DNA of 63,923 bases, filler included, from Octopus bimaculoides (GCF_001194135.2; 7 parts of 6 records of this genome joined end to end with filler, not necessarily neighbours in it); one strand, 5' to 3'; counted from the first letter of the whole stretch, positions 52,331-63,923 are shown. The notes: generated from the letters alone by a model not told the origin. Made by a program: numbers and translations.

Positions 52331-52815
52331 GTAATAGATTATGCTTCCGATTTCCTTTTATTGTTAAGCGTAACATATCTAATCCGTGACAAATTAATAT
52401 AAACAAGAGGTAGGTGTAGCTGTGTATGTGTGTGAAACATTGAGTTGTCCAGTGCACTTATCTATCATTCAGCGTTCTGTCAGCCTCATGATACTTATTA
52501 ACACTGCAATACTTTTACGTTATTATTAAGGATCACTAACCTGGTGAATTGATCAAATCGGCAATACTTCCTTCTACCAAAATATGTGTAACATAATGTC
52601 TCTGTTAGAAATCGAACTCACAATTCATTGAGTCACGAGCTTTCATGTTCTGAATTCAAATACTATTAAGGTCGACTCCTACCATTCAAGTTAAGTACTA
52701 CTTAACTAGAAGATATTTTGTCAACCCCGGAAGGATGAAAGGCGAAAGCCGACCGGCTGTTCCCTCCCACAAAATTTCTGGCTTTTTACATATATTAAAA
52801 ACCAATATTATTATT

Positions 52816-53055
52816 AGGGGCGGTGAGTTGGTAGAATCGTTAGAGCGTCAAAGTTATTTGCTATATTTGTTCCGGCTCTTTACGTTCTGAGTTAAAATTC
52901 CACCGAGGCCAACTTCGCCTTTCATCCCTCTGAGGGCCGATAAAATACGTACCAGTCTAGTACTAGATTCGATATAATCGACTTACCCCCACCCCTAACA
53001 ACTTTCTAGCCTTCTACCTATATTAGAAAGAATTTTCATTATTATTATTATTATT
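52816..53055 (+). mobile_element. SINE family A copy
   Basis: GGGCGGTGAGTTGGTAGAATCGTTAG...TAGAAAGAATTTTCATTATTATT. Confidence 0.8.
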
Positions 53056-53549
53056 GATATTATTTTTCTTTCTATTTTCCTTACACTATCAATATACTTG
53101 TTCACACAGTGCTGTGATATTTATACACACCAGCTGGCATTTTTGTGTGTTTTGACTGTTGAAGAAAGAATTGGTACAGTTGTAGACTATAATTTATAAT
53201 TGGAACTCGCAGGCAGACGTTTGTGAGTAAGTGGAGAGCAAGAGAAAGACAGAGGTTTGTATGTATTCTTTGATCGACGCTTGAGTACATAAAAGATCCG
53301 TGTCTAAACAAACTTATAAAGACTGTTACATGCAATTGACACACACACACAAACACAGGCGCGCGCGCGACCGTGTGTACTTATATACAAAGAAATATGC
53401 CTATATGCATGCGTATGTATACATACACACATACATACATACATACATACAAACATACATACATACATACATACATACATACATGCATATATGAGCTCTG
53501 GGGGTCGATTTGCTCTTTTACTCTTTTACTTGTTTCAGTNNNNNNNNNN

Positions 53550-53975
53550 CTGGGGGTCGATTTGCTCTTTTACTCTTTTACTTGTTTCAGTCATTTGACT
53601 GCGGCCATGCTGGAGCCCAGCCTTTAGTCGAGCAAATCGACACCAGAGCTTATTCTTCGTAAGCCTAGTACTTATTCTATCGGTGTCTTTTGCCGAACCG
53701 CTAAGTTACGGGGACGTAAACACACCACCATCAGTTGTCGAGCGATGTTGGGGTGACAAACACAGACACATATATATACACACATATACATATACATATA
53801 TATACATATACGACGGGCTTCTTCCAGTTTCCCTCTACCAAATCCACTCACAAAGCTTTGGTCGGCTCGAGGCTGTAGTAGAAGATACTTGCCCAAGGTT
53901 CCACACAGTGGGACTGAACCTGGGATCATGTGGTTGGTAAGCAAGCTACTTACCACACACCCACTCCTGCGCCTA
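53550..53975 (-). mobile_element. Full-length SINE family C copy
   Basis: Reverse complement: AGGCGCAGGAGTGGGTGTGTGGTAAGTAGCTTGCTTACCAACCACATGATCCCAGGTTCAGTCCCAC...internal (TA)n...AAACAAGTAAAAGAGT. Confidence 0.92.
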
Positions 53976-54126
53976 TATATATATATATATATATTTGTAT
54001 TATTTATCTAGGTATATATATATACATAGATATAAATACATATGTACATGAATGTGTATATCTATGCAAATAAACATATATATACAGACATATAAATATA
54101 TAAATGTGTGTATACACACACACATA

Positions 54127-54149
<23 letters not shown>

Positions 54150-54161
<12 letters not shown>

Positions 54162-55440
54162 GGAGTTAAACGCAGGTGTTATTCAAATTCTTTTACTTCC
54201 GATATATGTTTCGAAGACAACATTGGTATTATTCCAAAGGAATAAAATGGTGTAAAACAATGTAATCTTCTCATCAGAGAAAGGAAGGAAGAAACTAAAC
54301 TCATCAATAAGATATTTTAACAGAATGTGATGGATGTGTATAAGGATGAACGGAACGCTATTAAGTGTTTTTAAAAAACCGTCAACGGTAGCCTATAGAA
54401 AGAGAAGGGGTAAAGAATAAAATAAGCAGAAAACTAATAAAGGAGAAATATAGAGTGGTATGTGAATTAAAATAATAGCTTAAAGGCTTGGAAATAGATA
54501 TATCTAGTGGAAGTGAAATGTAAGGAGAAAATCAATATTCAAATTATATAGAATGGTAGATATCACTTATATGAACTAAAGGTATGTTTTTGCCAATGTT
54601 TACATCGACAAGCACGCTCTATAAACGTGTTTACAAGGGGGTTCTTGGAAAATAGAATATAAAATAGTTCACTTTGCCTTTATCGTATGGAAATGAAATG
54701 AAGAGAATCAACCAACCTACATTAAACTGTTTATTATGATCTTTTAGATACCAAATAAATTTACGAAACCCTGTACTGTTGCGTTTATTACTATCCCTAA
54801 ATGTAGAGTTATGATTAGAAATTTTTTTAGGTAACTGAGAAGACGAACTGCCTATATAAAAAAGATATCGGTGCCGGAAGTAATTTTACACTGGTATATA
54901 GAGTTTTTAGTCTTAGAATTACTAGATATAAACTTAATTCTGTTGGAATTGACTCCAGAGACAATAACCTTGTTGTTAATATTTCTAGGGGGATGGTTAG
55001 TATTAGCTAAATTAATGTTAGTATTAGTAATTGGATTCTTATTTAACAGACTAATATTATGTGTAGAAATAATTTGTGAAAGATTTTTTGCGTTGGAAAA
55101 ACCAATCCTAACCGTGTGCGAGTTGATAATCGAGTAATACCTAAAATTCTTTGGAAAATTCTTAATAATAGCTTCCCGAAACTGGAAAGGAAGATTAGAT
55201 TTAATTTGCCTCCCATAAGGAATAATCAACCAAATAGTTTTGCTAGTAGTTGCCTTATGTTTAGGGTAACTATCTTTAAAAGACATCGATTTATCTTTAG
55301 AATGAAAAAGGGGCTTAAATAGCGGTTATCTCCCTCACGCTGTAAAAAAACCCTTCTGTTTTGATGTGTGATTTTTTGCTGCCCTGGTAACTGTTTATTT
55401 ATTTTTTCCGTGTTAATTGTAAATAAGGGAAAAATACACA
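54150..55440 (-). mobile_element. Penelope-like element 3' half (thumb/linker + GIY-YIG endonuclease + 3' pLTR), decayed
   Basis: KTIWLIIPYGRQIKSN...KNFP...IINSHTVRIGFSNAKNLSQIISTHN...KNSIYQCKIT; after a frameshift YIGSSS...NHNSTFR...RNSTGFRKFIWYLKD...GWLIL; hammerhead motif downstream. Confidence 0.85.
54196..54285 (-). ncRNA. Hammerhead ribozyme motif in the Penelope-like pLTR (GTC to ATC, probably inactive)
   Basis: TTTCT-CTGATGA-GAAGA...TCTTC-GAAAC-ATAT-ATC|GGAAG with a long helix II. Confidence 0.6.
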
Positions 55441-55641
55441 AATCCATTTATATATATATATATGTATATATACATATATACATATATACACATGTACACA
55501 ATTAAATAACACTCAAAACAAACGCGCACGTGCACATACACACACACACAAAACAAAGAACCCCAGTTATATGTTGCCGACTCCTCCAAAATAACTGCGG
55601 TCAGCTTGACCATTAAGAAAAAGACGGGCTAAAGAAAAGAG

Positions 55642-56216
55642 GGATCTTTTTTAAAACGGGGGCCACATTTTTCATTAATGTTTTACGTAGTGTTTTTGGT
55701 AGCGAAAGACTTTCAAACTTCGTATACTTATCTATTTTGTGTTATAGAACAGAAAAATATTTTTGTATTCGAATTTATTTCATGTAAAAAATTGTCTTAT
55801 TTCGATAATTTCAACCAATCACTGACAAGTATTCAGTTGTTTACATTTACTCCTTTGGCTCACTAAGCGATGTAAAGCGTATTTAATCTCCATACCTTCG
55901 TTTTATTTGCTTTTTTCATTTTAAATTTGCTTTAACCCTAACCCTAACCCTAACCCTAACCCTAGGGTTAGGGTTAATTGTTTCAGAATCGTTTGTTTAT
56001 GTAGTCGGCACTTAATGTATATCGGCTGAATGGACGTCAGTGATTGGTTGAAATTACAGAAATACGACAACTTTAACATGGAATAATTTATGGATTTCTT
56101 TTTTTTTTTAAGAAGACTAAGAGAAAAAGATGTTTTATATGACACATTCTACCAGTGTTCCAAGTTTCAAAGTGTTTCGTTAATGAAAAATGTGGCCCCC
56201 GTTTTAAAAAAGATCC
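55642..56216. mobile_element. Non-autonomous foldback DNA transposon (Merlin-like) with internal telomeric repeats
   Basis: Perfect 37-bp TIR GGATCTTTTTTAAAACGGGGGCCACATTTTTCATTAA; 8-bp TSD GAAAAGAG (55634-55641 / 56217-56224); inner inverted repeats; (TAACCC)5-TAGGGTTAGGGTTA centre. Confidence 0.92.
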
Positions 56217-56241
56217 GAAAAGAGAAATAAAGGAGACAAGC

Positions 56242-56291
<50 letters not shown>

Positions 56292-56336
56292 TATGGCGTA
56301 TGTTTTTAACTGGGGTTTTAAGTGATCATTAAATAT

Positions 56337-56524
56337 CTATTCATGCTTAATATCTTTTGGCAGATTCGAATGTGAATATCGATCACTGCTGTTTTTCGTC
56401 ATCGGAGAACATCTTCCTTTAGACGATGTGTATTCATAATACACGTGATCCACTAGTATAATGGGCTCTGCGACACTACGGCGTTTCGCCCTAATTGTGT
56501 GTCTCCTTAGTGAAAGATACCTCG
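56337..56524 (-). CDS. Weak candidate terminal coding exon
   Basis: TTCATCGTTCCAG acceptor, then open frame RYLSLRRHTIRAKRRSVAEPIILVDHVYYEY...KHE*. No homology recognised. Confidence 0.2.
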
Positions 56525-56884
56525 CTGGAACGATGAATCTAATACATTTGTGATTTTGCCGGCTCGTCATTAATTAAACTACTATATTTTATGCACAACA
56601 GAGGGTGAATCAGGAAAACATGTAATAATTTATATATTACTAAGACTAACTATGGGGAAAAAAGAAGAATATAAATATATTCCTCGTATGCTTTTGATGT
56701 ATGTAAAAAAGAGTTATTCACTCCTCAGAGATGGCATACCCATCTTCTGATTCAGCTGTGCTGTACATTAAATATGTGTTACTTAATTAACGATGAACTG
56801 TCAAAAGCACAAATATACAAATTAAAGTGTTCGCTAATGTACAAGCCTAATTTACAACAGGTTTATATAGTCGACAAGAAATAC

Positions 56885-57100
56885 TGATTTCTGATTTAGG
56901 CGCAAGACCCCCAATTTTGAAGGAAGGGGTGGGTAGTCGGTTATATCGACCCAATACTATAGTGGTATTTAACTCTACCTTTCATCCTTGGAGGATGAGA
57001 GATAGAGTTGACCTTCGTGGAATTTGAATTCAGAACGTAAAGAGCCAGAAAAATACTGCAAGGCATTTTTCCGATGCTCTAATGATTGTGCTGGCTTGTG
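56885..57100 (-). mobile_element. SINE family A copy, diverged
   Basis: GACCTTCGTGGAATTTGAATTCAGAACGTAAAGAGCCAG. Confidence 0.75.
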
Positions 57101-57459
57101 GCCTTCCTGCTGCTAAAAATATAACCAACCAAATTTTCCTCAAATCACAATCTGCCGTCTTGAAAGAACAAAATTGAAAAGGAAAAAGAGAAAATATTTG
57201 ATCATGCATCATAGATACAGTGAGACAATGTTTATCCCCACTTGTTCAGCTAGAACAAACTAGACTGTGGTTGAACCATGAGAGGAACTCTCATGTTGGC
57301 TTTTAGTGCAATACACACTCGTGTGCATCGCTAGCAGGGAGACAAATCCCCACGACCTCCAACGCCAAGACCACCAGATCACGGGATTTCGATTTTTCTT
57401 GATTTCGTCAATGATGGATGCCCGACCGCTACTAGAGCAGTGACTGACCTCCTCGCCAG

Positions 57460-57561
57460 CGATGTATAGAAAAACAGAGCCTGAACTGGCACTGGTGTCG
57501 CGATTAGCCAGAGAGCTTGTTAAAAATATATTAGCGACAGAGGCAGTATTAATACCGCGAG
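57460..57561 (+). CDS. Candidate internal coding exon (102 nt, phase 1-1)
   Basis: CTGAC branch-like motif, CCTCCTCGCCAG acceptor, open frame MYRKTEPELALVSRLARELVKNILATEAVLIPR, GAG|GTAATG donor. Confidence 0.25.
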
Positions 57562-58165
57562 GTAATGTTCATCCCCACTTAAATGTAGATGTTTAGGACA
57601 AACTAAACTGCGGTAGATAAACTATAAGAGAAACTCTCATATTGGCTTTGGGTGCAAAATGCACTGTTGTTTATATCACTAGCAGGAAGATAAATCCCGT
57701 CACCTCCTAGATACAGTGTGTATGAAAAAAAAATTTAAGACGTGATCGCCAATTCGGAATGCTTTTGATCATAATGTATCTCGATCAAGGCTGCCCTAGG
57801 GTTAAACACCAACGGTTTTCGCCGACCACTTACCCTTTCATATTTTGTTGTCGTCGACTTTAAAGCTATTTCACATATTTAAGTCGGCCGCTAGAACCGA
57901 GATTTATGCTAATGATAGAATATTTGTTTATGGACTAGACCTTAATAGGTTGTTGGTCAGGCAGTTGAGCCCTCTTAAAAAACAAAATATTCATTTCGTA
58001 TTACATCTCCCCTTACTCACCACTAACATGGGTACACATATACGCCAGACCTTAACGCCGTGACTCTAACCCGACGATTCACTCGATCTAAATAACATCA
58101 CGCACCTCGTCCTCCACTCTTACTCCGCTACCACCACAAACACGTATACGCACAGACACGCGCGT

Positions 58166-58200
<35 letters not shown>

Positions 58201-58359
58201 TACGTACTCATATACACACAAGCGCACACACACACACAAACACACACACACATACACACACACTCACACACGCAAACACGCAGCCACAAACGGACACACA
58301 CAGACATGCACACACAAACGGACACACTCGCACGCATGCACACACACACAGACACAAAC

Positions 58360-58394
<35 letters not shown>

Positions 58395-58539
58395 ACCCAG
58401 CTTTAATCAGCTTGGGGATGTGGATATTGGACACAGATAATTAGTAAAATGGCAAAGAAATGTTTATACATGCACGCGCGGGCATACGCATACACATCCA
58501 TATTATACACGAGTACATAAACCCATATCACATATATTC

Positions 58540-58872
58540 TTTTATTCTTTTATTTATTTCTGTCATTTTTACTGTCGCCATGCTGGAGCACCGCCTTTTA
58601 GTTGAACAAATCGACCCCCAAGACTTATTCTCTGTAAACCTAGTACTTATTCTATCGGTCTCTTTTGCTGAACCGCTAAGTTGCGGGGGCGTAAACACAT
58701 CAACATCGGTTGTCAAGCGATTGTGAGGGTGGGAGAAACGCAGACGCGCGCACGCGCACGCATATATATACGACGGGCTTCTTTCCATTTCCGTCTACCA
58801 AATCCATTCACAAGGCTTTGGTCGGCCCGATGCTATAGTGGAAGAAACTTGCCCAAGGTGCCAGGCAGTGGA
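58540..58872 (-). mobile_element. SINE family C copy
   Basis: GCCATGCTGGAGCACCGCCTTT...CTACCAAATCCATTCACAAGGCTTTGGTCGGCCCG. Confidence 0.9.
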
Positions 58873-58902
58873 TATATGCATGAAAACCAGCTATGTGTAT
58901 CC

Positions 58903-59050
58903 ATCACGTGATTGATTATTATTTGAAGCGGCAACTGCTTCGTTCCGTTCCCGCCAGAACGCAAACTGACCAATCACAGCCCTAATAAGGTCACGTGATA
59001 GTGTTCTTCTAATACCTCTCTGGAGCCCCTATTTTGCTTTAAATAGACTA
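58903..59050 (+). promoter_or_regulatory. Promoter-like motif cluster (2 E-boxes, CCAAT box, TATA-like)
   Basis: ATCACGTGAT (58903), TGACCAATCACAG (58967), GTCACGTGAT (58990), TTTAAATA (59038). Motif presence only. Confidence 0.3.
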
Positions 59051-60328
59051 AATTATACCCAGCTAATTCGTCTCGGTTCAGATCTCTTAGAGACCTGTTC
59101 CGTGTACCACACAGAGCAGCAGCAGCAGTTCCAGCGACGACATCAACAGCATCTCCAACTGCGACTACCAGCATCGCCGCCGCCAGTCAACACGACACTA
59201 CGACTACCACCATCGTCGCCGCCAGCGTCAACACCACTTCAACAACGAACTACAAGATTCGCCACCAGCATCGCCAACATCGTCAACATGACTTCTACGN
59301 NNNNNNNNNNNNNNNNNNNNNNNNNNNNNNNNNNNNNNNNNNNTTAATTAATTAANNNNNNNNNNNNNNNNNNNNNNNNNNNNNNNNNNNNNNNNNNNNG
59401 TGAAACTTCAACATATGTGGCTGTTTAAGTACCGTGGTGATGGTCATAAGTGGAAAATTATTTTGAGAATAAAGTAACACTTCCTAGGCACTCCTTAACA
59501 TCATTGAGGGGAACAAAAAAAAAAAGGCACTGATTAAATTTGGTCCCAATATTTTTAGCAGTGTGGAGTTCTCCCAGAGTTATTGCATTGCCATTGGCTC
59601 CTTCTCAACAGGGATTAATGGGAATGGGTTAACCAATAAATGAACCTTGGCAATTATGGGTTAAGGGGGAAAAAAAATTTTCAATTTAATACTTTTTCAT
59701 AAGAAATGCTACAAACAGTACCTTTTTTTAAAACCTAGCATTGTCCATTGCTATAGAGGACATATATAATTTAATAGCACATATATAAATATATACACAT
59801 GTATTTAACATGTATGCCATGTAGGAAAGAAATTACTATTTGTTTCTTAAGCTTTGGTGTAATTTTGTAAAAACCCACTTAATTTATTCAACCAAATGAA
59901 GCCCCAGTTTCAGGCAATGCAATCCCCATATACGTTCTACAGCTAAATTGTAAAAGGTGCCCGTTTTAAAAGTAATTATTATAATTGATCAATAAAGGGA
60001 GAAACTTTTGAGCCTTAAATTAATAAAGAACACCGGGGTGACTAATACACAGAATAAGATAAGACGGAAGAGACTGGCCCGGATGAAAGTGTGGAAGGAG
60101 GTTAAGAATATTGAAGAAGGAACGATAATGAAACCGCGGAAAGTGTGGGTTTGAAGCAGGGGAAGATAATGTAAAGATATAGGGATATTATCAGGGCCTT
60201 GGTATGGTCAAGGGTGATCGGGGAGGCACAAGTATTTGCACAATATTGGCTCTAAATTCTTGTTTAAAGTTAATTTGTGTAGGAAGCATTTGATTAGAAT
60301 AAAACATCTAGACACACATGTACATATG

Positions 60329-60376
<48 letters not shown>

Positions 60377-60594
60377 TAACGTGTGTACAATTGTGTGTAC
60401 GCAATGGTTAAGTGTTTAAAATGCAAAATTAAGGGGAAGGGGTCAGAGGATTAAGTTTTTGTTTAAAAAAAATGGATATGAAAATTTTGTAAAANNNNNN
60501 NNNNNNNNNNNNNNNNNNNNNNNNNNNNNNNNNNNNNNTTAATTAATTAANNNNNNNNNNNNNNNNNNNNNNNNNNNNNNNNNNNNNNNNNNNN

Positions 60595-62755
60595 ATTTGT
60601 TCTTTGTGAAGAGTGGTTCTTCGACGGAGTGATATTCTTGTTTGGCCAATATATGATTTTTTTGAACACACTATCAATTTTCCTTTCAATACCCTACAAA
60701 AACGATGAATTAAATCCAACCTTAACACAAATGAATGGAAAGACCTAATCGAGTTATAAAATTATATAAACCTGACCATTAAAGAAGCCGATAAAGGAAG
60801 TGCGGTAGTGGTGATGGACACAGTGTTCTATAAAAATTTAATACTCTCCATGTTGGAAAGCAATATTTACTATGAGAAGACAGTACAGTACAGTACAACT
60901 TACAGAAGAAGCTTAAAATCTTATCCTCCTTACTTCAAATACATTGAAAGGCCTCACTAAAAATGAAATTGACTATTTATCCAATTTTAAATACAGACCA
61001 AGTCTATTCTACGGATTACCAAAAATCCACAAAAATCCACATATTTGTAAAGCTTGCAAAAATTCTCCAAGCCTATGCATTAATGTTCCTCTCGCTACTG
61101 ACTTCAAATTAAGACCCATCATTGCTGGCCCTGCTTGTGAAACCCACCGTTTGAGCAATTTCCTCGACATCCTACTCAAACCATTTCTAAAATATGTGAA
61201 AAGCTTCATCAGGGATGACTTAAACATGCTTAACCACCTCCCAAAGACAACAAATGAAGGAACCCTGTTAGTATCATTGAATATGGTGAACTTGTACACC
61301 AATATCCCACACGATTATGGTATAAAAGCAATCACCTTCTGGCTAGAAAAATACCCAGAAGAGGTCTCCTGAGAGGTCCTGACGCATCAACCACAGATTC
61401 ATAATCGCAGGCTGAAATTCATCCTACTGAAGAACTATTTCATGTTCGATACAGTTTACTATTGACAAAAATGTGGAATTACAATGGGAACCCGAGCTGC
61501 TCCAGTAATTGCGAACCTTGTAATGGATTACCTAGAACTTAAAATATACCAATTATCACTACAAAAATATGGCACCTCATTTCATTGCTATTTAAAGGAG
61601 AACTGGAAGAGGTATTTAGATTNNNNNNNNNNNNNNNNNNNNNNNNNNNNNNNNNNNNNNNNNNNNNNNNNNNNNNNNNNNNNNNNNNNNNNNNNNNNNN
61701 NNNNNNNNNNNNNNNNNNNNNNNNNNNNNNNNNNNNNNNNNNNNNNNNNNNNNNNNNNNNNNNNNNNNNNNNNNNNNNNNNNNNNNNNNNNNNNNNNNNN
61801 NNNNNNNNNNNNNNNNNNNNNNNNNNNNNNNNNNNNNNNNNNNNNNNNNNNNNNNNNNNNNNNNNNNNNNNNNNNNNNNNNNNNNNNNNNNNNNNNNNNN
61901 NNNNNNNNNNNNNNNNNNNNNNNNNNNNNNNNNNNNNNNNNNNNNNNNNNNNNNNNNNNNNNNNNNNNNNNNNNNNNNNNNNNNNNNNNNNNNNNNNNNN
62001 NNNNNNNNNNNNNNNNNNNNNNNNNNNNNNNNNNNNNNNNNNNNNNNNNNNNNNNNNNNNNNNNNNNNNNNNNNNNNNNNNNNNNNNNNNNNNNNNNNNN
62101 NNNNNNNNNNNNNNNNNNNNNNNNNNNNNNNNNNNNNNNNNNNNNNNNNNNNNNNNNNNNNNNNNNNNNNNNNNNNNNNNNNNNNNNNNNNNNNNNNNNN
62201 NNNNNNNNNNNNNNNNNNNNNNNNNNNNNNNNNNNNNNNNNNNNNNNNCCTAACTGTGGCACATGCCCCCTTTGGAGGTTACAGAGTTCCACTTTAAACA
62301 AGGTGAAATATTTAAGATTAAATCAAATTTCACCTCTGCCTCGGAAAACCTAATCTATGCCATTACCTGCTTAGGGTGCGGTAATCAATATATTGGCCAA
62401 ACAGGAATATCACTCCGTCGAAGAACCACTCTTCACAAAGAACAAATCCGCCACCCACAATACAGACAGACGCAGGTCAGTGAACACATAGAAATGTGTG
62501 CTAAGAACCTTAATCCTAACTTCCTAATTTTCCCCTTCTATCAATATTCACAGAACACATCAGTACACCAAAGAGGCGACTTTCATCAATAAATTTCATC
62601 CACAACATAACATGAACACATAACATAATACAGAACACTACTAACCTTACCAATAATACCACTGACTCCCATACATCTCATACACCATTCATATTACAGT
62701 ATTATATCTACGCTAATTACAGCACGTCCTGAACTACTTACCTCCCTTACACATA
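60595..62755 (+). mobile_element. Penelope-like retroelement (RT + GIY-YIG), 5'-truncated with an inverted 3' fragment at its 5' end; stops present
   Basis: TIKEADKGSAVVVMD; FYGLPKIHK...LRPIIAGP...SFIRDD...LYTNIPH; MGTRAAPVIANLVM; NLIYAITCLGCGNQYIGQTG...R...H (GIY-YIG). Confidence 0.93.
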
Positions 62756-62856
62756 ANNNNNNNNNNNNNNNNNNNNNNNNNNNNNNNNNNNNNNNNNNNN
62801 TTAATTAATTAANNNNNNNNNNNNNNNNNNNNNNNNNNNNNNNNNNNNNNNNNNNN

Positions 62857-62903
<47 letters not shown>

Positions 62904-63620
62904 CATATACACACACAAGCACACACAGACATATATACATATGCATACACACGAATATATATATTTTATACATGCATGTTTATGTATATTTGTACTTGCA
63001 TATATAACTATCAATTTATGCCTCTCTCTCTCTCTAATTTTATGTATGTGTGCACGCATGTATATACATTATATATATACATGCATATATGCATACATAC
63101 ACACGCACACACACACACACACGCATATATATATATTTATGTACACAAACGCATACACGCATACACACACATCAGCATACACGAATGTACACAGGTTAGA
63201 CAGATTTACGAAATGGATATTGGTTATATGTGAGTGTTGCATTAACATTTTTAATAAAATAATACAATGTAGATATATATATATATGTTGAAAGGTCGAG
63301 TTGATCTTACCGAAGTTGTTGAAGAGGGAGGAAAACAATATTATTAATTGCAACTTATTTATAAGCATATAACTTTTAAACACTTGAATATAAATATACA
63401 AACATCAAGCATGACATACACGAACGTACGTGTATGTATGCGAGTGTGTGCGTAAACAGACATAGGAATAGTGGTTTTCATATATATGTGTGTATACATG
63501 CATGTATGTATGTCTGTATCTATGTACGTATGCATGAATATGTATATATGTATGTATTTATATTTAAGTGTTTAAATATTATATCGACAAAAGTATGATA
63601 TATGTATATGTACGGGACTC

Positions 63621-63665
<45 letters not shown>

Positions 63666-63668
<3 letters not shown>

Positions 63669-63875
63669 GGGGGTGCTGAAAAGTTCCTGACTTTAAAGGT
63701 ATCGCAAATGGCCTGGCTGTAAGTCCAGTCTTCGGAATCCTTTTACAGGGCTTAGGAAAACTGCTGCAATAAGAGTTTGAATCTGAGAGGGAAATATGTT
63801 GAGTAAAATCATAATTAACTGATCCTCCTTTATTTTCTTTTACCTAAATTCAGAAATTTTTGGGCACCCCCTCAT
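63666..63875. mobile_element. Mariner-type MITE, same family as 40304, opposite orientation
   Basis: TATGGGGGTGCTGAAAAGTTCCTGACTTT ... internal ACTGATCCTCCT is the reverse complement of AGGAGGATCAG at ~40348. Confidence 0.8.
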
Positions 63876-63880
63876 GTTTG

Positions 63881-63923
<43 letters not shown>

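Noticed and set aside
53498-53590. Direct repeat CTGGGGGTCGATTTGCTCTTTTACTCTTTTACTTGTTTCAGT on both sides of a 10-N gap
   Set aside because: Exact duplication across a token gap indicates unmerged overlapping contig ends.
55933-55976. Telomeric repeat interpreted as a chromosome end or fusion site
   Set aside because: Only about 7 units, and they lie inside a TIR/TSD-bounded transposon.
59400-60494. Homopolymer-rich contig between two scaffold spacers
   Set aside because: No recognisable motif or match elsewhere in the window; may be low-quality sequence, so nothing is called.

Overview
AT-rich, microsatellite-saturated eukaryotic genomic DNA, roughly 7 kb of it N gaps. The SINE families and repeat load resemble my recollection of Octopus genomic sequence; this assignment is an inference, not a search result. 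No host protein-coding gene is confidently identified, and almost all long ORFs in the track are artefacts of microsatellites or N runs. The window is mostly a layered transposon graveyard: dozens of tRNA-headed SINE copies from 3-4 families; decayed LINEs (several RTE-type, CR1-type, one restriction-like-endonuclease type); two Penelope-like elements (one RT+GIY-YIG with an inverted 5' duplication); mariner remnants; and several non-autonomous DNA transposons with readable TIRs and TSDs. Most interesting: (1) up to four minimal hammerhead-ribozyme motifs, one at the 3' end of a Penelope-like element and one in a circularly permuted ~270-nt unit; (2) a concentric foldback MITE with GGATC ends, an 8-bp TSD and a telomeric-repeat hairpin at its centre, plus a second element with the same termini; (3) a 124-bp loopless palindrome; (4) a few isolated exon- and promoter-like segments that may belong to a long-intron host gene.
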